A program made the position numbers and the translations under genes. Shown piece by piece: positions 58,279 through 64,000 of a stretch of 64,000 nt of DNA (positions are counted from its first letter, which is position 1; every line of letters begins with the position of its first letter). Source of the DNA: Candidatus Scatomonas merdigallinarum. GTDB lineage: Bacteria > Bacillota > Clostridia > Lachnospirales > Lachnospiraceae. The notes beneath the pieces are model-generated. The model was not told where the DNA came from and ran no database searches. It was given only the letters and a program-made list of their open reading frames with translations. The stretch spans positions 937 through 64,936 of the forward strand of contig DVKB01000016.1 of the NCBI GenBank assembly GCA_018716305.1, in the 5' to 3' direction.

Positions 58279-58791
58279 TTACAGGTACACCACCGTCTCC
58301 GAAAGCTCCCTGCGCTGCCCGTGGGCAGGAAGCGGACCGGCCCCCTCCGCGGCGTAGCCCAGATCCAGCAGCATGAGGATCTCCTCATTCTCCGGCAGCC
58401 CCAGCTCCTTGGCAGCGATCTCCGGATCAAAAAAATTCAGCCAGCAGCTCTCCACTCCCGCGTTTTGGGCCGCCAGAAGCATATGGGTGGCCACAATAGA
58501 AGCGTCCTCAATCCCGGAATCTCTTTCTCCGCCGGGATATACAAACACATTGTTTTTATCAAAAGCCACCGCCAGCACTGTGGGCGCCCCGTAACGGCAG
58601 GGAGTGATCTTATCGATCTTTTCCAGTCCCTCCGGAGACTGCACTACATAGATCCTCTGCTCCTGAAGATTTTTGGCAGTAGGAGCCAAACGTCCCGCCT
58701 CCAGGATCTGGTCCAGCTGTTCCTTTTCAATCTGGCGGCTGTCAAATTTTTTACAAGAATAACGGTTTTTAATTACTTCTGAAAATTCCAT
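58279..58791 (-). CDS. Nitroreductase family protein
   Basis: IKNRYSCKKF, AGRLAPTAKNLQ, MLLAA...GVESCW, LGY. Confidence 0.92.
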   Translation of the reverse strand: MEFSEVIKNRYSCKKFDSRQIEKEQLDQILEAGRLAPTAKNLQEQRIYVVQSPEGLEKIDKITPCRYGAPTVLAVAFDKNNVFVYPGGERDSGIEDASIVATHMLLAAQNAGVESCWLNFFDPEIAAKELGLPENEEILMLLDLGYAAEGAGPLPAHGQRRELSETVVYL

Positions 58792-58844
58792 GCTGTTCCT
58801 CCTCTTTTACCTATTGTTTTATGCTCAATGGCTGTCTCCGCCAA

Positions 58845-59741
58845 TCACTCCCACTCAATGGTTCCTGTGGGCTTAGGGGTCAAATCGTAGCACACCCGGT
58901 TCACTCCCGGCACTTCTTTGGTGATCCGCTCCGTAATATGCTGCAGCAGGGCAAAGGGCACATCCTCTACCGTGGCCGTCATAGCGTCCTTCGTGTTCAC
59001 GGCGCGGAGGATCACCGGCCACTCGAAGGAGCGCTTTCCCTCTTTTACACCCACAGATTTGAAATCCGGAATAATAGTAAAATACTGCCATACCTTGCCT
59101 TCCAGACCGTTCTTCGCGAATTCTTCTCTGAGGATAGCGTCAGATTCCCGGACTGCTTCCAGGCGGTCTCTGGTGATGGCTCCCAGGCACCGCACGCCAA
59201 GTCCCGGCCCCGGGAAGGGCTGGCGGTATACCATACCGTCCGGCAGGCCCAGGGCCTTTCCCACCACCCGCACTTCATCCTTAAACAGCAGCTTCAGAGG
59301 CTCTACCAGCTGAAACTGCAGATCCTCCGGCAGGCCGCCTACATTGTGATGGGCCTTTACGCCGTCGCTTTCCAGAATGTCGGGATAAATGGTACCCTGA
59401 GCCAGGAACCGGATCCCCTCCTGCTTTCTGGCCTCCTCCTCGAACACCCGGATAAACTCCGCGCCGATGATCTTTCTCTTCTGCTCCGGATCCTCTACCC
59501 CTTCCAGCTTGTCCAGGAATCGGTCGATGGCGTCTACATACACCAGATTCGCGTCCATCTGATGGCGGAATACTTCCACTACCTGTTCCGGCTCCCCTTT
59601 GCGGAGAAGCCCGTGATTCACATGAACGCACACCAGCTGTTTGCCGATGGCTTTGATCAGCAGCGCCGCTACCACGGAAGAATCCACACCTCCTGACAGG
59701 GCGAGCAGTACTTTTTTATCTCCCACCTGCTCCTGAATGGC
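58845..59741 (-). CDS. guaA: GMP synthase ATPPase domain only, apparently 5'-truncated (possible pseudogene)
   Basis: [12 protein letters not shown]-loop, [33 protein letters not shown]; homology (AIQEQV) runs 5 codons upstream of GTG 59726 and meets TAA at 59747-59745; no GATase domain. Confidence 0.8.
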   Translation of the reverse strand, partial: AIQEQVGDKKVLLALSGGVDSSVVAALLIKAIGKQLVCVHVNHGLLRKGEPEQVVEVFRHQMDANLVYVDAIDRFLDKLEGVEDPEQKRKIIGAEFIRVFEEEARKQEGIRFLAQGTIYPDILESDGVKAHHNVGGLPEDLQFQLVEPLKLLFKDEVRVVGKALGLPDGMVYRQPFPGPGLGVRCLGAITRDRLEAVRESDAILREEFAKNGLEGKVWQYFTIIPDFKSVGVKEGKRSFEWPVILRAVNTKDAMTATVEDVPFALLQHITERITKEVPGVNRVCYDLTPKPTGTIEWE

Positions 59742-59766
59742 GCTTTAACATCATACTATAAAGAAA

Positions 59767-59813
59767 CCTGCGGGAACCGGGAGGTTTTCTTTTGCCCTCC
59801 CGGTTCCCGCAGG
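59767..59813 (-). terminator. Terminator of the GH43 gene
   Basis: Perfect 18-bp stem cctgcgggaaccgggagg / cctcccggttcccgcagg followed by tttcttt on the minus strand. Confidence 0.92.
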
Positions 59814-59854
59814 GATTACTGCCTAGTCCGGAGCGTTATCTGCCCTTCCGGCTC

Positions 59855-62800
59855 TCAGGCTTTTCTGCTTTTTCTCTTCCAGGTATAAGCCGCCGCGGCT
59901 CCGCCTGCTCCGGCCAGCAGAAGGACTGCCCATACAGTCATTTCCGCGGGATCTCCGGTGGCGGCAGATCCGCCCTGATTCTGGCTTCCGCTGCCCGGCT
60001 TGCCGGATGTTCCAGGTTTGTCCGCGTCATCTCCCGGTTTCGTTCCGGGTTTGTCCGTGTCATCTCCCGGAGTGGTTCCCGGCTTGTCAGGATCGGTTCC
60101 CGGATCTACTTCAGGCAATTTTTCCAGGCCGTCGATGGCCGCGTTCAGGGCTGCCGCCGCCTCATCCACTGCCGCCTGCTCCGCGGTTTCATCCTCATAC
60201 AGAGTCTGAGCCGTATCCAGGGCCGCGTACAGTTTCTCCAGACTCGCGGTGGTGTACTTGCTGCTGTCCACTGCGGAAGCTTTGTCGATGGCTTCTTTCA
60301 GGGCCGTCTTGTCTGCCTTAGGCCCTTCCACAGGAGCTTTCTCCAGAGCGTCAATGGCCGCCTGAAGAGCTGCCGCCGCACTGTCTACATCCTCCTGAGA
60401 CGCGTCATGATCCGCGTCCACGGCTGCCGCCGCTTCCAGAGCTTCCTGCAGCGCGTTCCAGGTTTCCGCTGTGTAGTCGGTTTCTGACAGTTCGTTCGCC
60501 TCAGCCATCAGGGCCTGAAGCTCTGTCTTGTCAGATACGCGCACCAGGGCATCATAGGCGCTGTTCAGATCTGCTGCCGCAGTATCTACCGCTGCCTGCT
60601 CCGCGGTTTCATCCTCGTACACATCCTTCGCCGCCTCCAGAGCCTCATACAATTTCTCCAGGCTTGCGTTGGTGTACTCGCTGCTGTTGATCTCGGAAGC
60701 CTTGTCGATAGCTTCTTTCAGAGCTGTCTTGTCAACTTCCGGCTGGGGCTCTTTCTCAGTGAACTGCCAGGACTGAATCTCCATGAGATCATCCTCACCC
60801 TCGCCGTTGTAAACGAAGAACAGGGTGTGCTCGCCTACCGCGTTTTCCACGCTGCAGGACATTGCGGTAAATTCGCCGTTTCCGCCCTCTACGTTCAGAG
60901 TACCGATCAGCTGGCCGTCAGGGCTGTCCAGGCGAAGCTCGATGGTTCCGCCGGCCAGTCCGGCAATCTGCGCTTCAAAAGTATCCGCGCCAACCTCGCC
61001 GAAGTCCACGCCGCCGATGGCAACCCAGTCTCCATTGTTAATGGAGGAAAGCACCATGTCGTTGCCGCCCAGATCTCTGGGAGCAATGCCGGAGTTCCAT
61101 CCGATGGTAGTTCCCGGCACTTCACTGTAGGGCGAGAAGGCTTTCAGCTGGGAAATACCTGCCATGTCCGCGTCAATGGGTTTGATGGAGCCGTCTTCAT
61201 AGTATTCTACCTCATTAATATGGGTAGAACGGTATCCTTTTTCAATGCCCAGGGCTTTTCCAAGGGTCTGCGCATGATAGGTAATGTAGGTTGTTCCGTT
61301 AAACTCAAAGAGCGCATGGTGGTTGTTTCCGCCGACGTTGAAGTAATAGGAGGGATTCTGAAGAATCTCGCCCACATAGGTATACGGTCCCATGGGATCA
61401 TCACTTACCATGCAGCAGATGATTCCGTATCCGGGATATCCGGGGATAGCGGAATGATCGCCAGAGAAGTTGGAGCAGTAAGTGTAGTAATATTTTCCGT
61501 TTGCCTTGTGAATGCCGCCGTCCTCAAACATGCAGGGGGCGTCGATCATCTTCGGGATTCCGTCCTCATCGTCTGCCAGGCTGGTCATATTGTCCGCCAG
61601 TTTTACGATTCGCGCGCTCTTGGGATTCAGATCCTGTCCCGCCGGCACACCGCCGCCGAATGCCAGGTATCCGGTTCCGTCGTCATCTACCATAACCGCC
61701 GGGTCAAACACCCAGGGAACTCCCTGTACGCCCGGAGTACTTCCGGTAATGAGCGCCTTTCCGTTGGGATCTCTCCAGGGGCCTACCGGTGAATCGCCTT
61801 CCAGCACGCCGATGCCGCCGCCGCTGTTGCAGAAATACAGGAAGAACTTGTCTACGCCGTCAATCTGCTTGTAGGCAATGGCCGGAGCCCAGGAATAGGT
61901 TGCCCATTTCGCTACGCCGTTGGGTCCTGCTACCTGGATAAATCCGTGGTCCGTCCAGTTCACCATATCGGCAGAAGAGATTACGTGCAGCTTGTTAATC
62001 AGCTGATAGGTGTTGTCAATCAGGTTGCCTTCCTCATCATACTCGTACTGGTCCGCGGTCATGTACACATAGACACGTCCGCCATATACCAGCGCGAAGG
62101 GATCCGCGCCGTAATCGTAATCGATCAGGGGGTTGGAGTTGCCCAGCAGCTTGGCAATGGCATTGTTCTCGGATTTTACCAGAGGAATGGAGGCTGTGGC
62201 ATTGCTCACGTTAAATGCCGCGTCAACGCCCTCCGCCGTTACATAGTCCACCCGCAGGGTTACGGTGGTATTCTCCGCCGCGTAATTGTTCAGCTTCAGT
62301 TTCAGAGTGGCGAACAGGCGGTCGCCGCTGTTGTCGGCATAGCCCGCGCCCTCTCCGGTTACGCTGAGCTTCAGCTGATGGTTGGCAAAAGTCCAGGAAG
62401 CAGTTCCGCTGACATTCTCCTCATTGAACGCAACCTCTTCCACATCCAGGATAGACGGAATATTCACGGAAACTTCCATGCTGTCCGCCGTTCCCTCCGG
62501 CAGCGCGTCCATGTAAAGGGGTACTTCTACTTCCGTATTGATGATGCCCTCTACCTCCTGCGCGTCTGCCATATTTACGTTCAGGGTATTTTCCGCAGCC
62601 TGCGCTCCGTCATTGACATGGAAGTAATCCACATCCACATAGCCGCCCGCGGACTGGGTCGCGTAGTTAAAGATAGCGAAACGATATCCCATGAAATGAG
62701 GCAAGGTGTAGGACATATTCAGGGTATTGCCGATCTTGTTCCAGGTCGTTCCGTCCAGGCTGTAGTAAAAGTCCGCGTCATCCGCATGCTGATAGAAATT

Positions 62801-64000
62801 GAAATCCGCTCTTAAATATACCCGGTTCTGGTCAATGGGAATGCTCTCGATTTCCTGAGCGGTTCCGCCGTCCGCGTTTACCATGACGATGGATTTCTGT
62901 CCGTTTTCCATCTTCACGCCTACATAACCGTAATTGGCCTGCAGCGCGCCGAGACCTGCGATATCGCCGTTCTTCATGTTGGCGGTTTCAATGGCAATGT
63001 CTCCGGAACAGGTGGGTCCGTAGGTTCTCTGAGTCAGCGTATTGCGGGCCTGGGTAAAGTCATCTACCACATCGCCGGTTGTAAGACGCAGATAGCCGTC
63101 TCTCTCTGTCAGGGACCAGTTGTTGTTGTTGGGGTTATGGTTCCACTGCCATTCCAGCTTCAGGTTGGAACCATTGTAATCATTTTCGCCGGCTTCTACG
63201 GGATCCAGCACCACCGGCTGAGCGATGGCCGAAATATTGTCCGCGTAGAAATCAAACAGGTCGTTTTCCGGATCCGGATTTCCTGTCCATGCGGTTTCAA
63301 TAAAGATGCCGCTGGAAGACAGATCCGCGTCCTCCGGGATCGTATAGGTTCCTTCGATCAGGGTCCACTGGCCCTTCGGCACTGTGGCGGAAGCCGCCAC
63401 ATCAATTCCTGTCCAGTCTCCGTTCTGGATACAGATGTTAAAGCCTTTGCTGTCCGGGCCTTCGGTATATTTCACCATAGCGGAAACTTTGATTACCTGT
63501 CCCGCCTTGATTTTTCCGGTGAGATCCTGTTTGGGGCCGGAAGAGGTAGTGGTTCTGTCTGTAATCTTGACCGCCATGGATCCGCTGGCTTTATCCTCTG
63601 TCACCGCGGTGACGGTGCAGGGATCCTGGTAGGTCCAGTTCTCCATGCCGTCCTCAAAGCCGCCGTTGAGAATCAGATCATTGGGATCTACATACTCCTC
63701 AGCGATAATGGAAACATCATCCAGGTAGAAATCCATCAGGTCATTTTCCGGATCCTGGTCAGCTGTCCAGGATGTTTCTACGAATACGAGGACTCTGGAA
63801 AGATCCGCATCCTGCGGAACCGTATAATCGGCCTGAATCGTGTTCCACTCGCCTTTTTTAACATCCACATACCCCACCGCGGGATCGGTGCCGGCGTAAT
63901 CATTTGTCCCATACTGCATGGTAACATTAAACTTTCTGGTGTCGGGACCTGTGGTATATTTCACCTTGGCGCTGATATGAAGCTTCTGTCCCGGCTGCAC
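59855..64000 (-). CDS. Large cell-wall-anchored modular GH43 glycosidase, 5'-partial: CBM4_9/22 x2, GH43 C-terminal beta-sandwich, cohesin-like module, GH43 (XynD-like arabinoxylan arabinofuranohydrolase), CBM6, 3 FIVAR-like repeats, sortase signal
   Basis: LILNGGFEDG; LEWQWNHNP; ADPFAL, SSADMVNWTDHG, FDPAV, FEDGG, GGNNHH; WVAIGGVDFG; DKTALKEAI repeats; AATGD plus TM helix and KRKSRK. The frame is open to the window edge. Confidence 0.9.
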   Translation of the reverse strand: MQPGQKLHISAKVKYTTGPDTRKFNVTMQYGTNDYAGTDPAVGYVDVKKGEWNTIQADYTVPQDADLSRVLVFVETSWTADQDPENDLMDFYLDDVSIIAEEYVDPNDLILNGGFEDGMENWTYQDPCTVTAVTEDKASGSMAVKITDRTTTSSGPKQDLTGKIKAGQVIKVSAMVKYTEGPDSKGFNICIQNGDWTGIDVAASATVPKGQWTLIEGTYTIPEDADLSSSGIFIETAWTGNPDPENDLFDFYADNISAIAQPVVLDPVEAGENDYNGSNLKLEWQWNHNPNNNNWSLTERDGYLRLTTGDVVDDFTQARNTLTQRTYGPTCSGDIAIETANMKNGDIAGLGALQANYGYVGVKMENGQKSIVMVNADGGTAQEIESIPIDQNRVYLRADFNFYQHADDADFYYSLDGTTWNKIGNTLNMSYTLPHFMGYRFAIFNYATQSAGGYVDVDYFHVNDGAQAAENTLNVNMADAQEVEGIINTEVEVPLYMDALPEGTADSMEVSVNIPSILDVEEVAFNEENVSGTASWTFANHQLKLSVTGEGAGYADNSGDRLFATLKLKLNNYAAENTTVTLRVDYVTAEGVDAAFNVSNATASIPLVKSENNAIAKLLGNSNPLIDYDYGADPFALVYGGRVYVYMTADQYEYDEEGNLIDNTYQLINKLHVISSADMVNWTDHGFIQVAGPNGVAKWATYSWAPAIAYKQIDGVDKFFLYFCNSGGGIGVLEGDSPVGPWRDPNGKALITGSTPGVQGVPWVFDPAVMVDDDGTGYLAFGGGVPAGQDLNPKSARIVKLADNMTSLADDEDGIPKMIDAPCMFEDGGIHKANGKYYYTYCSNFSGDHSAIPGYPGYGIICCMVSDDPMGPYTYVGEILQNPSYYFNVGGNNHHALFEFNGTTYITYHAQTLGKALGIEKGYRSTHINEVEYYEDGSIKPIDADMAGISQLKAFSPYSEVPGTTIGWNSGIAPRDLGGNDMVLSSINNGDWVAIGGVDFGEVGADTFEAQIAGLAGGTIELRLDSPDGQLIGTLNVEGGNGEFTAMSCSVENAVGEHTLFFVYNGEGEDDLMEIQSWQFTEKEPQPEVDKTALKEAIDKASEINSSEYTNASLEKLYEALEAAKDVYEDETAEQAAVDTAAADLNSAYDALVRVSDKTELQALMAEANELSETDYTAETWNALQEALEAAAAVDADHDASQEDVDSAAAALQAAIDALEKAPVEGPKADKTALKEAIDKASAVDSSKYTTASLEKLYAALDTAQTLYEDETAEQAAVDEAAAALNAAIDGLEKLPEVDPGTDPDKPGTTPGDDTDKPGTKPGDDADKPGTSGKPGSGSQNQGGSAATGDPAEMTVWAVLLLAGAGGAAAAYTWKRKSRKA
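60009..60090 (-). repeat. 33-bp tandem repeat encoding the DKPGT(T/K)PGDD(T/A) wall-spanning linker
   Basis: Units start at 60009, 60042 and 60075. Confidence 0.8.
60125..60736 (-). repeat. Three FIVAR-like helical repeats (copies 1 and 3 nearly identical)
   Basis: DKTALKEAIDKAS...Y.TASLEKLY.AL..A...YEDETAEQAAVD.AAA.LN; ccgcggtttcatcctc recurs at about 60181 and 60601. Confidence 0.8.

Noticed and set aside
58845-58900. guaA 3' end as an ICE/prophage attachment site
   Set aside because: Downstream genes are a nitroreductase and an NSS transporter; no recombinase or direct repeat found.

Overview
A gene-dense chromosomal window, most genes on the minus strand, from a spore-forming Lachnospiraceae-like Firmicute (taxon inferred from gene content, sigmaA promoters, T-box/L20/ZTP leaders and a sigmaG-like promoter). 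Housekeeping blocks: lysA-pyk-corA, aroC, thrS, infC-rpmI-rplT, split purH/IMP cyclohydrolase, glyA, metY, nrdD, hflX, glmM, rpmE-DUF1385-prmC-prfA and one tRNA-Leu(CAA). No integrase, IS, prophage or CRISPR array was seen. There are three accessory carbohydrate loci. (1) A YtfQ-like pentose/furanose ABC transporter with an AraR-type regulator and an SBP/histidine kinase/AraC-type response regulator triad (12.4-22.9 kb). (2) A divergent cluster at 46.5-56.8 kb that I interpret as an anhydro-sugar (levoglucosan-type) catabolic system: two levoglucosan-dehydrogenase-like paralogs, two TIM-barrel eliminase/hydratase candidates, an ABC transporter, twin 18-bp operators, and a LacI repressor fused to a cytoplasmic copy of the cluster's own solute-binding protein. 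This is the best candidate for an undescribed system. (3) The 3' part of a very large sortase-anchored modular GH43 enzyme with a cohesin-like module. Also notable: a redoxin-type class III ribonucleotide reductase with a fused CPNC glutaredoxin-like domain, and a 5'-truncated stand-alone GMP synthase ATPPase gene. All family calls come from motif recognition by eye; no database search was run.
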